Source: an uncultured Planctomycetota bacterium | Lineage (GTDB): Bacteria; Planctomycetota; Planctomycetia; Isosphaerales; Isosphaeraceae | Length of the DNA stretch: 64,000 nucleotides | Direction: 5' to 3' | NCBI GenBank assembly: GCA_963823665.1 | Contig: CAWGMQ010000008.1 | Span: 1,792,001-1,856,000 of the forward strand | Shown here: one piece after another, positions 25,727 through 36,365 of the stretch | Position numbering within the stretch: position 1 is the stretch's first letter | Layout of the letters: the number at the start of each line of letters is the position of its first letter | Translations under genes and position numbers: made by a program | Notes under the pieces: model-generated | Databases searched by the model: none | Told to the model about the DNA's origin: nothing | Seen by the model: only the letters and a program-made list of their open reading frames with translations

Positions 25727-26479
25727 TTGAGGATCGTCGCCTGGAACATTAACCACCGCATTCGAGAAAAGGTCATCCCAGATCAGATGATCGAGGCGAT
25801 CGTCTCACTCGGCCCCGACGTCATCGTCTTGACCGAGTGCGTCCACGGGCCTTCCCGCAGTGCATTTCTCGAGAAGCTAGCGGATCACGGTTTGTGTCGA
25901 TGGCTCGTTTCCGAGTGCAGGAAGCGCGAGAATCACGTGCTGATTGCGTCACGGACGGCAATTGAACAGGGGCCAATCCGGGCGCCAGAGATCGCCCCTT
26001 CAGTGCCATCGAACGTGCTTCACGTTCGTCTGCCGGAAGAAGGGCTCGAAATCCTCGGAATTCGTGTGCCCGACCTCAGCAAGGATCCGAAAACCAAGCG
26101 GGCCTGCTGGAATTGGATCATCGAAACGGCGAAATCCGTGAGGGATCGTCCGTTTGTGATGATCGGCGACTTCAACACCGACCCGAAGTACCCGCCGAGC
26201 AAGTGCGGTGGTTGCATCAAGACGCTCGTTGCTGGCGGCTGGCAGCTCGCTTCTCCTGCGGACGGTGCGAGCTTCTGGACCTTGAACGGCCATGCGGTCT
26301 GCATCGACCACGCGTTCGTGAGTGGACTCTTGCGCGTCGATGGAGCGTGCTACGTTACGAAGCGCGACGGGCACATTTTCGCGGGGAAGGAGCCAGGCGC
26401 ACTGTCGGACCATGCTGCCCTATTGGTCGATGTCACGCTGGGCGCGTCGTTTCTACGTGACGCGCACGCGGGAGAGTAG
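25727..26479 (+). CDS. Endonuclease/exonuclease/phosphatase (EEP, DNase I-like) family protein
   Basis: MRIVAWN, PDVIVLTE, GDFN, IDH, SDH motifs; GAGG upstream of TTG start. Confidence 0.88.
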   Translation: MRIVAWNINHRIREKVIPDQMIEAIVSLGPDVIVLTECVHGPSRSAFLEKLADHGLCRWLVSECRKRENHVLIASRTAIEQGPIRAPEIAPSVPSNVLHVRLPEEGLEILGIRVPDLSKDPKTKRACWNWIIETAKSVRDRPFVMIGDFNTDPKYPPSKCGGCIKTLVAGGWQLASPADGASFWTLNGHAVCIDHAFVSGLLRVDGACYVTKRDGHIFAGKEPGALSDHAALLVDVTLGASFLRDAHAGE

Positions 26480-26765
26480 AGAAAGCCGCGGTGGCGCCTG
26501 TCGATGATCAAGCAGCGAAGACTTCTCTCATTCGGCCGACTCTTTTCACGAGGCGCCCTCCGACTCCTCTCACAAGCTGGAAAAGATTCCGCCAGGATGA
26601 GCTTACGAGGCTGAGGCCGATGGCGGTTCTCGCTTCTGGCGGGACGCATTTGGCCCTTGAATTTGTTGGATACGTGACAGGGCGGGAGCGATCGTGCGCC
26701 GTCGACGGGTCGTGCGGGTCGGACCGATCGTGCTGGCGCCTGGCACCGTGGTGCGGCTCGTGAAT

Positions 26766-26795
26766 TTGGACGGTCGCGGTCGGCGGTGGTAAGAT
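26766..26795 (+). promoter_or_regulatory. Possible sigma70-type promoter for the ATPase/TOPRIM pair
   Basis: TTGGAC-N18-TAAGAT with TG extended -10, 100 nt upstream of ATG 26896. Confidence 0.3.
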
Positions 26796-26895
26796 TGAGG
26801 TTCGGATACGTTGAAGCACCTGGGCCGGCTCGTGTGGTCTTGGTTCGAGATCTGCCGTTCGGTTGCTCTGTCTCTGGCCCCCGGGAGCGAACGAG

Positions 26896-27879
26896 ATGCC
26901 CCCCGTCAGCCCACCTCCGATCGCACTGACATCGCTGAGGATACGCGACTTCCGGGGAATTGAATCACTCGAACTCGATTTCCAAGGGCCGGATGGCCTG
27001 CCCAATCGCCTCGTCGTACTGTCCGGGCCGAACGGAAGCGGCAAGACGGCCGTGCTCGAAGCCGCATTGATCGCCGTCGGCGGTTACAAGCTCGCCGTCG
27101 GACATCGTGGAAAGCGGGCCGTTCGGCGAGGAGCCGAAGATTACGAGATTCGAGCGGAAATCCGCGCACGCACGAGCACGTACGACGACGATGAGGTGTT
27201 TGTGGATTCCTCTGGGGGTCTACCGCCGAGGAATGACCCCAGGTTGCCTTTCTGGTACTTCTCTTCCTGGCGTGCACCGACTCTCGTCGGAGCGGTCAAT
27301 GTGAGCGTCGGCAAGCGGGGGCGGAGTCCCGCCACGACGGAACCGAATCGCTTGCTGCACGTGAAACAGAAGCTCGCGAATGCTGCCGCCGCGGAAAGCT
27401 TCCCCGGGGCTAACCCGTCTCAGGGGCGCAGCTATTCGGAATGGATTGCCAGGATCAATGAGGGTTGGAAGAAGTTCTACCCCGATCGCAACGGCGAGTT
27501 CGTCGTCGGCCTCATTGAGTCGGAGGGGGCCGGTGATGGGGCCTTTGAGGTGTTCTACAGGCGGGAGGGCTCGGCATCGCTTTCGGTCGATGAGTTGAGC
27601 GCGGGGCAACTGGAATTGTTCATGTTCCTGACGACACTCGTCCTGAACGACGATCGAGAGGGAATCGTGTTCATCGACGAGCCCGAACTGCATCTTGATC
27701 CCCAGTGGCACACGCCGATTGTCCGTGCATTAATGCAGTTGCAGCCCCGAGCGCAATTCATTGTTGCGACGCACTCTCCCGGCATCTACGACGCGGCGAT
27801 GTCTTATGAGCGGCATTTCCTGGTCGCCGAAGACGACCCGCGCGCACGCGCATGGCCGAGAATCGGCGCAGGGGCGTAA
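26896..27879 (+). CDS. ABC-type (AAA_15/AAA_21-like) ATPase, PARIS AriA-like
   Basis: LRIRDFRGI, Walker A GPNGSGKT, signature LSAGQ, Walker B IDEPELHL, H-loop ATHSP; no TM partner. Confidence 0.88.
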   Translation: MPPVSPPPIALTSLRIRDFRGIESLELDFQGPDGLPNRLVVLSGPNGSGKTAVLEAALIAVGGYKLAVGHRGKRAVRRGAEDYEIRAEIRARTSTYDDDEVFVDSSGGLPPRNDPRLPFWYFSSWRAPTLVGAVNVSVGKRGRSPATTEPNRLLHVKQKLANAAAAESFPGANPSQGRSYSEWIARINEGWKKFYPDRNGEFVVGLIESEGAGDGAFEVFYRREGSASLSVDELSAGQLELFMFLTTLVLNDDREGIVFIDEPELHLDPQWHTPIVRALMQLQPRAQFIVATHSPGIYDAAMSYERHFLVAEDDPRARAWPRIGAGA

Positions 27880-27885
27880 CCGGCC

Positions 27886-28731
27886 ATGCCGCACGACGTT
27901 GCCCGCGATGCGCTCTACAACGGCCAGATCAACATCTGGGTCGAAGACGAGGTCACGCGTGCCTACCTTTCCGCCCTCTGGGATACGCCCGCCGTCGCGT
28001 TCTTCATCGGTGGCGGCAACGAAGGTGTCCGCGCCATCGTGAAGGACGCAGAAGAGTCGGGTTTCACAAATGTGTTCGCTCTGATCGACCGTGACTTCCG
28101 GCGAACGAATAGGCCGGACTGGTTCGCGACGACGAAAACGTTTCGCACGTTCGTCCCGCCGGTCCACGAGATCGAGAATTACCTGCTGGACGCTGATGCG
28201 TTGGCCGCGAGTCGTTTCAACAACCTGAAAAAGTCAAAGGTAGAGATCGAATCGGTGATGCGTGTGGCCGCCGGTCGGCTATTGTGGTGGGCCGCGTGCA
28301 GGGATGTTGTCGCGGAGTTGAGGCGGCGGTTCCGGGAAGGGTTCCTGCGCGATCCCACCTGCGACGTGAGCAGCGACATTCAGGCTCGAGACCACATTTG
28401 CTCATCACCCTGGTTTCGGAAACTCGCACACGAGTGCGAGCGGACAACCGAGGCGGAGGTCGACCAACTGTTATCCACCGCTCGCGCCGCAGCAGACCAG
28501 GCCCTAGCTGACGGGAACTGGAAGTCCGAGTTCGCGGGCAAGGAAATCCTCCGCGATGTCGGCAGCCGGATCTGCGACCGCACGAAGATTCGAGGGTATA
28601 AGCCGAGCGCGGCTGAGTTCGATGGTGATCTTGCGAAAGAGGTCGGTGCCTGGCAGAGGGACAACGATGCTGTTCCGTCTGATCTCACCGATCTGCTTGT
28701 CGCGCTTCAGATTCGGATTGCACGTTCTTGA
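27886..28731 (+). CDS. TOPRIM-like nuclease (DUF4435-like), PARIS AriB-like
   Basis: IWVEDE, GGGNEGV, IDRDF (DxD), HEIENYLLD and C-terminal GKEIL; 6 nt downstream of the ATPase. Confidence 0.75.
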   Translation: MPHDVARDALYNGQINIWVEDEVTRAYLSALWDTPAVAFFIGGGNEGVRAIVKDAEESGFTNVFALIDRDFRRTNRPDWFATTKTFRTFVPPVHEIENYLLDADALAASRFNNLKKSKVEIESVMRVAAGRLLWWAACRDVVAELRRRFREGFLRDPTCDVSSDIQARDHICSSPWFRKLAHECERTTEAEVDQLLSTARAAADQALADGNWKSEFAGKEILRDVGSRICDRTKIRGYKPSAAEFDGDLAKEVGAWQRDNDAVPSDLTDLLVALQIRIARS

Positions 28732-28783
28732 AGAGCGCTTTGAAATGGGGCAGAAATCATTTCCTGCAGTCGACGTCAAGCGC

Positions 28784-28831
28784 GCCGCAGAGCGGCAGAA
28801 AGGCCGTTCCCACGCAGAGCGTTGGAACGAG
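28784..28831. repeat. REP-like palindromic pair
   Basis: gccgc-aga-gcggc followed by cgttcccacgc-aga-gcgttggaacg hairpins in the intergenic region before drmA. Confidence 0.6.
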
Positions 28832-29113
28832 AACGTTCTCGTTCGCGAAGGGCATGATCCGAAATCGGGAAGGTCATTCAGGCCTGTTCTCGGCCTCACT
28901 TCTTGAAGGGATCTCATTCTCGGGATACCGAAGCCGACCTGGGACGATTTGAAGTACCAGGAGTTTCCTGGTTGGCGGACGAGAGCGCCGACGCTTTGTG
29001 CTCGCTCGGTTAGTATGATTGGTGCGATGACGTCTGTCCCGACATCGGCGTCGAATCGGTGAGCCTAGTGCGCCTGCGGTTTTGAGAAGCCCACTGAAGG
29101 AGCTACGGCCGTC

Positions 29114-32100
29114 ATGAGCGTCCTACAATCCATCCCATCGCCAACCAAGATTCGCGAAGAGCTCGAGCAGATGGTTCTCAAGGATCTGCTTGGGCCGGCG
29201 GGTGGGGCGGAGGAGGAGATTGACGAGCAGAGCGTTCGGGACCGGTACCTCGTCGGGATGCTCGCGCCCACGCGGCAGGAGCTAGCGCCTGAGGAATTTG
29301 ATGAGCTGAGCCAGGGGGGGAGTGCGCCGGTCGAGGACGGGTCGGCGGAACTCACCGCGCCGAGCACCAAAACGATGTTTCCCTCGTCGTTCGGGATGAC
29401 GTTTGCTGTCAATCGGGAGGCCAAAGAACTACGCGTAACGGCTCGGTGGGGGCATTACCGGCGCGACCGCAGCGAGAATCTCACAAACGCCAAAGGCGAC
29501 AAGAAACTCATCTGGAAACGCTGCCAGAGGGAAGCTGTCTCGGAGCCGATTGCCCTCAAGGCCGGCAAGATCAGGTGGACGCCGGATGTCGAGTTTCCGC
29601 AGGTGCAGGTGCACGGGCTCGTCCGCAAGCGCGAGGACTTCTGGAGCGTCACGCTGTTCCTCGTCAACGGGCAGCAGGAACCGCAGAAGCTGAGGGACAC
29701 GGCCTGGTTGTTTCAGCCTGTGCTCAGCGTCGAATCGCCCGACGGGGAGCCGATCTTCCACTGCCAGCCGACCGGGCGGGATTCGGGCAGGGCCGATCCG
29801 GTGGCGTTTGCCGAGGAGCAGGAGATGGCGATGCTGTATCGCCGCCGCGTCGAGTTTGCGGTCGGGCACGGGGTCAGCGTGAGCGCGATTTGTCCGGATG
29901 GAATCAGCGACCGGGCGTCGCGTTTGACGACCGAGGTCGTTCCCACCTATGAGGTCGCGCGGACTACGCCACCCGCTTTGGCCGAACGGCCTGGCATGCA
30001 TGGGCTCGTAACGGACATGAAGGAGCTGGGCGAGACGGAGACTCCGCAACTGGAGGCGAAGCTACGGCCATTGATCACGGCCTATGCAGCTTGGATCGCG
30101 GAACGAGGGGCTGACCTTCAACAGCCCGATATGGCAGGCCACCAGGAGCCGGGGCGTGCTGCGCTCGCGCGATGCCGGGAGACGCTGCGCCGCATCGAAG
30201 ACGGCATCGAGCTGTTGCTCGAGGACGCGCTGGCGGCGGAGGCGTTCCGGTTTGCCAACCTGGCCATGTGGCAGCAGCGCATTCACACGATCGTTTCGCT
30301 CAAGAGGCGGCGGGATGAGCAGGTCGACGAGCGGTCGATCGATGTTCCGGCGAATCGGTCGTGGTATCCGTTTCAGCTTGCGTTTGTGCTGCTCAACCTG
30401 CGCGGGATCACCAAGCTCGACCATTCGGAGAGGTGCGGGGCGCTGACGCTGGTGCGGACCTGCTGTGGTTTCCGACCGGTGGCGGGAAGACCGAGGCTTA
30501 TCTGGGGCTGTCGGCGTACACGATGGGATTACGGCGACTGCAGGGGATGGTGGCGGGGCGATCGGGCGAGCACGGGGTTGCGGTGCTCATGCGGTACACG
30601 CTTCGCCTTCTGACGATCCAACAGTTCCAGCGAGCGAGCGCGCTGGTCTGTGCGTGTGAGGTGATTCGCCGGACCGATGAGTCGAAGTGGGGGAACGAGC
30701 CGTTCCGCGCGGGGTTATGGGTCGGGCAGAAGACGACTCCGAACACGACGGAAGCGGCTGCGGAGGCGATTCAGCAGGAACATGGCGGGAAGTACAAAGG
30801 GCGAGGGAGCGGCTCGCCGGCGCAGTTGACGAATTGCCCATGGTGCGGCTCGAAGATTAACCCGGGGCGTGACATCAAGGTCGAGCGGTTTGCCAAGGGC
30901 CGGTGCCGGACGATTTCGTTCTGCGGTGATGTGCTGGGACGGTGTCCGTTCAGCGCGAAGAATTCACCGCTGGAGGGCATTCCGGTGCTGGTGGTCGACG
31001 AGGAGATTTACCGCCGCTTGCCAAGCTTGTTGATCGCCACTGTCGACAAGTTCGCCCAGATGCCGTGGAACGGCACGGTGCAGATGCTGTTCGGCCAGGT
31101 TGACGGATATTGCACGCGTCACGGTTTCCGCTCGCCCGAGATCGAGGACAGCGACACGCATCCGAAGAAGGACAGGTTTCCATCGGCGAAGACAATTCCA
31201 CACGCGCTGCTTCGGCCGCCGGACCTGATTATCCAGGACGAGCTCCACTTGATCAGCGGGCCGCTCGGGACCTTGGTCGGGCTCTACGAGACGGCCGTGG
31301 ACAAGCTGTGCTCGTGGACGGTTGACGGCAAGACGGTGCGACCGAAGCTGATCGCTTCAACGGCGACGATTCGCAAGGCGGGCGACCAGGTGCATGCGAC
31401 GTTTCTGCGGAAGGTGAGTGTGTTCCCGCCCAACGGGCTGGAGGTTGGGGACAACTTCTTCGCTTTGCAGCGCGCGCCTTCCGAGCAATATCCAGGGCGG
31501 CGGTATCTCGGCATCTGCGCGCCGGGTCGGCGGCTGAAGGTTGCCCTGATCAGGGTGTATGTCGCGTTGCTTTCGGCCGCGCAGGCTCTTTACGAGAAGA
31601 AAGCGTATGGGCTCGAGGTTGACGCATGGATGACACTGCTGGGCTATTTCAACTCGATGCGTGAGCTGGGCGGGATGCGACGGCTTGTCGACGACGATGT
31701 GCGCACGCGACTGGGGAAGATGGACCAGCGGGGGCTCGTTCGCAGGACGCTGTATTCGATCGACGAGCTGACCTCGCGGAAAGACTCGACGGATATTCCC
31801 GACGTGCTCGACCATCTCGAGGTTGCATTCGACCCGCAATCGGAGGCACGGCGGAAAGAGCTGCAACGGAAGGGTCACATCAAGGAATTGCCGAAGCGGC
31901 CGCTCGACGTGCTGCTGGCGACCAACATGGTTTCGGTGGGCGTCGACGTGCAGCGGCTGGGGTTGATGGTGGTCGGAGGGCAGCCGAAGACGACGGCCGA
32001 GTACATCCAGGCCACGAGCCGGGTTGGTCGAAAACACCCTGGCTTGGTTTTCACCGTGTACAACTGGACCAGGCCGCGGGACCTTTCGCACTACGAACGG

Positions 32101-32648
32101 TTCGAGCACTACCATGCGACGTTTTACAATCACGTGGAGGCGCTGTCCGTGACGCCGTTTGCGCCGGGGCGCTGAGCCGGGGGCTGACGGCGCTTCTGGT
32201 CTCGTGCATCCGGTTGCAGGGGACGGAGTTCAACGCCAACAAGAGGGCGAGCAAGATCGACCGGAACCATCCATACGTCAAGGAGGCGATCAAGACGATC
32301 GTGCGGCGGGCAGAGCTGGTGGGAAGCGGCGACGGGGACGAGTCGTTTGTAGCGAACCTCAAGACCGAATTGAACGAGCGGCTTGACCAGTGGCTGGCCG
32401 AATCGCAGAAGACGGCGGGCGGGCGCGTGCTTGGCTATGACGAGGAGCGCGACGGGATCACCGTGGGGCTGCTCCACCGGCCGGGGCTCGAGCCCTGGGA
32501 TGATTTCACGTGCCTGAACTCGCTGCGCGATGTTGAGCCGAACGTGGGATTGATCCTGCATGACGGCGGGCTCGACGCGGACCCGGGTTTCGTCGGCGAG
32601 GCTCGCGATGACGAAGACGGAGAGAACGACGAGGAGGAAGCGGAATGA
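29114..32648 (+). CDS. drmA: DISARM SF2 helicase DrmA (apparent frameshifts near 30438 and 32167)
   Basis: DLLGPAGG N-terminus, WYPFQLAF, PTGGGKTEAY, QDELH, STAT, ATNMVSVGVD, YIQATSRVGR, SLRDVE. Three fragments join by adding one G in each of two G runs. Confidence 0.92.
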
Positions 32649-34609
32649 CCGGGTCGTCTACGACAGAGCGGCGCAAGATCGGCGACATCCGGCCGAACCA
32701 GTTGCTGTTCACGGGCGGTGTGGGGGCGATTGTCGAGCTGCCGAATCTGTCGGTGATGGTGATGGGTCTTGATGATTGGCCCGTTGATCAGGGTGTGGCG
32801 GAGATCAGCGAGCCGCGACTGCTCAAGGCTGTGCAGTATGAGCTTGGTCCGCAGGTTGCGAAGCTGCTCACGCCGCCGGTTGCGAACGAGTCGGTGGGTG
32901 TCGCGGCGAGCCCGTTTGATGATACGGCGAACCTGGGCGTTCCGGTGGCGCCGTTTCCGCGCTGGCAGGTTTGCCCGCACTGCCGGCTGCTGGCGCCGAT
33001 CCAGTCGGGTCTGTTCGAGCTGCGGCTGGACCCTTATCGCAAGGACCGGAGCCGGTATGTGCATCGCAACTGCCACAAGAAGGGGAAGCCTCCGTCGGTC
33101 GTGCCTGCCCGGTTCCTCGTGGCGTGTGAGCGCGGGCACCTGGATGATTTTCCGTGGGTGGAGTTTGTCCATCGTGGGCATACTGATTGCCGCTATGAAC
33201 TGCGGCTCTACGAGCTAGGTGCCTCGGGAGAGGTGGCCGATGTCCAGGTGGAATGTGTTCGGTGCGAGCAACGGCGGCGAATGAGCGATGCGTTCAGCGA
33301 GGAGGGGCGACTTGAGCTGCAACGATGCCGAGGCCGATGGCCGCATCTGCGAAAATACGACGAGGCCCCTTGCGAGGGAACTCAACGAGCGATTCTCTCG
33401 GGCGCGTCGAATAGCTGGTTCCCGATCTTGCTGACGGTGCTGTACATTCCAAGCACGCCCGACAGGCTGAGCCAGCAGATCGAATTGAACTGGGCGGAGC
33501 TGGAGGAATGCGAATCGGCGCGGGATATCAAGCTCAAGCGGAAATTGCTCAAGGGGCTGGCGACGTTCTCCGAGGAGCAGATCTGGGAGGCGGTCGTCAA
33601 ACGGAAAGCGGGGACCGACGACGGGGCTGTAGAAGTGCCCGATTTGCGCGAGCCGGAATGGGCGGTGTTCTCGAACCCTGACCCGAATTTGAATAGCCGG
33701 GATTTCAAGTTGCGGGTCGTCGAGCCGCCGGCTGCGTACAAGAAGGTGATCAGCAAGGTGGTGCTGGCGGAGCGGTTGCGGGAAGTGCGGGCGCTCGTCG
33801 GGTTTACTCGAATCGAGTCGCCCGGCGACTATACGGACATCGGCGATTTTCCGAGGGACCAGCGGGTGTCGCTCAGCCGGTCCGCGCCCAAGTGGGTGCC
33901 GACGTGCGAAGTGCGTGGCGAAGGGATTTTCCTGCAGTTTTCCGAGCAGGCGATTGGGGAGTGGATCAAGGAGACAAGGGAGCGCGAGGCCGAGTTTTTC
34001 GAGGGGCACCGGAGGTGGCGGCAGAAACGGGGACTGGAGCCCGACGATGGGTTTCCGACGATGCGGTACGTTCTGCTGCATTCGCTGGCACATGCCTTGA
34101 TCCGGCAGTTTGCGATCGAGTGTGGGTATACGACGGCGAGCATTCGCGAGAGGATTTACTCGCAGGCCCCGGGGGGCGATGCGGAGCCGATGCCGGGAAT
34201 TTTGCTCTATACCGCCGCGCCGGACAGCGAGGGGACGCTTGGCGGCCTGGTGGCGCTGGGTGGGCCGAAGGTCTTGGGGCGGCATCTGGATCAGGCGCTG
34301 GACTCGATGCGGCTGTGCGCGTCGGATCCTCTCTGCGCCGAGCATCGCCCGATGAAGGATGGGCTGACCTTGCATGGCGCGGCGTGTCATGCGTGCCTGT
34401 TCCTGCCAGAGACGAGCTGCGAGCGCGGCAACAAGTATCTGGACCGGAGTGTGCTAGTCTCGACCGTCGAGTCGGACGGCTTGGCCTTTTTCACTGAATC
34501 TTCCGAGCCGCTTCCGAAGGCAACGATCATTGCGCACACGGATGAGCTGATCACGCCGCCGAAGCCGATCGAGGTGGGTGTCACCGAAGGCGATGAGCCG
34601 GGAGAGTGA
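32645..34609 (+). CDS. drmB: DISARM DUF1998 protein DrmB
   Basis: IRPNQLLFTGGVGA, CxxC motifs, LLHSLAHALI, EGTLGGL, CASDPLC...ACHAC...ETSCERGN Zn cluster; ATGA overlap with drmA. Confidence 0.93.
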   Translation: MTGSSTTERRKIGDIRPNQLLFTGGVGAIVELPNLSVMVMGLDDWPVDQGVAEISEPRLLKAVQYELGPQVAKLLTPPVANESVGVAASPFDDTANLGVPVAPFPRWQVCPHCRLLAPIQSGLFELRLDPYRKDRSRYVHRNCHKKGKPPSVVPARFLVACERGHLDDFPWVEFVHRGHTDCRYELRLYELGASGEVADVQVECVRCEQRRRMSDAFSEEGRLELQRCRGRWPHLRKYDEAPCEGTQRAILSGASNSWFPILLTVLYIPSTPDRLSQQIELNWAELEECESARDIKLKRKLLKGLATFSEEQIWEAVVKRKAGTDDGAVEVPDLREPEWAVFSNPDPNLNSRDFKLRVVEPPAAYKKVISKVVLAERLREVRALVGFTRIESPGDYTDIGDFPRDQRVSLSRSAPKWVPTCEVRGEGIFLQFSEQAIGEWIKETREREAEFFEGHRRWRQKRGLEPDDGFPTMRYVLLHSLAHALIRQFAIECGYTTASIRERIYSQAPGGDAEPMPGILLYTAAPDSEGTLGGLVALGGPKVLGRHLDQALDSMRLCASDPLCAEHRPMKDGLTLHGAACHACLFLPETSCERGNKYLDRSVLVSTVESDGLAFFTESSEPLPKATIIAHTDELITPPKPIEVGVTEGDEPGE

Positions 34610-35415
34610 CGATGTCGAACGGGCTTTCCCTGGTCGCCGGGCGTGCGGTCACGCTCGTCAAGAGTTTGCCGATGGGCCTGGTCGAGACGCTTGTGGCGCG
34701 GCTGGAAATTGGTGATGCTCAGGATCGGAAAACGCTGAGCGAGCGGGTTCTGCTGGCAATTCCCGGAGCTCATCAGCGGGAACTCGTCGGCGATTTCTTT
34801 CGGGAGTGGAGGACCCACGCAGCTGAAGTGAATCCGTCTTCGGTTGCCGCCGCGCTGCTCACCGCATCTTTGGCGAACGACAACAGGCGCGAGGAAGAGT
34901 CTCTTGAGTTGGTCTGGACGGGGCCGGATGCGGATGCGGGCCCGATCCGGAGGACCGAGCAGGTGATTCTGGAGGTCATCGATTCGGCCAGCCAGCGGGC
35001 GACGATTGTGAGTTACGCAGTGTATTCGATCCCTCATATTTGTGGATCGCTTGTGCGCGCGGCGGGCCGTGGCGTTCGGATCAATGTGATCGTCGAGACG
35101 CCGGACAAGCTCGAGGGCAGGAACGAGTACAGCACGCTTCGAGCGCTCGGTGCCGAAGTGGCGGATTGTTCGACCGTCTATTACTGGCCGAAGCAGAATC
35201 GTGGGGTCGATCGGAATGGCAAGCTCGGAAGCCTGCATGTCAAGTGCGTGGCCGCCGACGGTCGATGGCTGTTCCTCTCGTCGGCTAATCTGACCGACTA
35301 TGCGTTTTCGATCAACATGGAGCTGGGATTGCTGGCGCGGGGTGGGGACTTGCCCGGGAGGGTTGAGAAGCATTTCGACCGGCTGATCGAGCGCGGGGTG
35401 CTGGCGAAGCTGTGA
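34606..35415 (+). CDS. drmC: DISARM phospholipase D-family nuclease DrmC
   Basis: LVWTGP, HVKCVAAD (HxKxxxxD), SSANLT, NMELG; GTGA overlap with drmB. Confidence 0.92.
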   Translation: MTMSNGLSLVAGRAVTLVKSLPMGLVETLVARLEIGDAQDRKTLSERVLLAIPGAHQRELVGDFFREWRTHAAEVNPSSVAAALLTASLANDNRREEESLELVWTGPDADAGPIRRTEQVILEVIDSASQRATIVSYAVYSIPHICGSLVRAAGRGVRINVIVETPDKLEGRNEYSTLRALGAEVADCSTVYYWPKQNRGVDRNGKLGSLHVKCVAADGRWLFLSSANLTDYAFSINMELGLLARGGDLPGRVEKHFDRLIERGVLAKL

Positions 35416-35695
35416 AATGAATTCGTTCCCTTAATCGTTGCAGGGTAAGGGCGCGCGACGGATTTACAAAGCGAACGGTGATGTCTAAAGGGGGGGTCAC
35501 CTAGCCCCATGAAAGTGCGCGAATGCACGATCCAGCCGCGGGAGCTCAATTTTCAGAGTAACTTGCCCTAACATTAGGACGGAGGGCGGAGGGCCGAGGA
35601 ATCTCACTCGAAATGGACGAATTCCACACCTTCGGCGTAAACGGATCAGGGGTTTTGTAAAGCGTGTGTGCGAATTGCGGTCGTGTTCGGAGGGT

Positions 35696-35756
35696 CCCTC
35701 ACCCCGGCGGTCTCCCGGAGGGGCCCTCACCCTGGCCCTCTCCCAACGGGAGAGGG
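35696..35756. repeat. REP-like palindromic element (CCCTCACCC...CCCTCTCCC-N3-GGGAGAGGG)
   Basis: Two tandem ccctcaccc units; the second is followed by a perfect 9-bp stem. Confidence 0.7.
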
Positions 35757-35827
35757 TGCGGTTGGTCGTCGCCGGATTCCTCAACAGGTCTTGGATTTTG
35801 TGGCACGTTGGATTCGCAGACACGCTC

Positions 35828-36115
35828 TCAGGAATTTCGGCGGTCTCGCCTCATTTCGTTTGCCATCGCGTACTCCGCCGCAAGGTCGAATCCAATGTCG
35901 GCGGTTGGATCGGTGATTTTGAACGCCGCGTACATCAGGCAGACCATGTGCAAGCCGCTGAAATGCCCCGGCAGGGTGCGGAGCTGGTATTTCTGAGTGG
36001 AGTCGTTGACGTCGAAGCCCTTCATTCCCAGCGTTGCGACCTCCACGTGAACAGGACAGCCCGTCAGGGATTCGACTTCTTCCACAGTTCGCTTGACGGC
36101 GGTCTGTAGGTCCAT
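35828..36115 (-). pseudogene. 95-aa ORF, probably an internally deleted remnant of a larger protein
   Basis: EVATLGMKGFDVND...KYQLRTLPGHFSGLHMVCLMY..F...DIGFDL resembles, from recall, the extreme C-terminus of larger TPR proteins; here it follows only about 24 N-terminal residues. Confidence 0.45.
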
Positions 36116-36282
36116 CTTGCTATTATCGCCGGCGTACCGGCTTTTTCCCAGACTGGGCTATGAACGGGGCGGGCTTCGTCGGCTCTAACTTGGATTGTGC
36201 GATTTCGTTGCGGCGGGTCGTCGTCGAGGTTGTCGTCGCCCGCGATTAATCGGGGGACGGGGCTGGAGCGGTGGTGGTTCGA

Positions 36283-36365
36283 GCGGATCACTGGCGGGTG
36301 ACGCCCTTCACCCCCCCTGGGCCCCCCTTTGCAAGGGGGGGGAAAGGGACGGGCGGGGCTTTCTT
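36283..36365 (+). repeat. Palindromic element left of the 36584 gene
   Basis: gcggatcactggcggg..cgcccttcacccccc... then a cccccctt-N-aagggggg hairpin and aaagggacg...ggggctttctt; both halves recur at 38883-38920 and 39116-39166. Confidence 0.8.

Noticed and set aside
24888..26895. Integron cassette array for the DISARM cargo genes
   Set aside because: No convincing attC core sites (RYYYAAC...GTTRRRY with paired stems) seen in the spacers and no integrase in the window. IntegronFinder would be the check.
17490..32170. DISARM inactivated or phase-variable via four frameshifts (about 17490, 21617, 30438, 32167)
   Set aside because: Each is repaired by adding one G to a 3-4 G run, too short for typical phase variation. 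Similar indels hit many unrelated genes across the window, which fits sequencing error. Read polishing would settle it.
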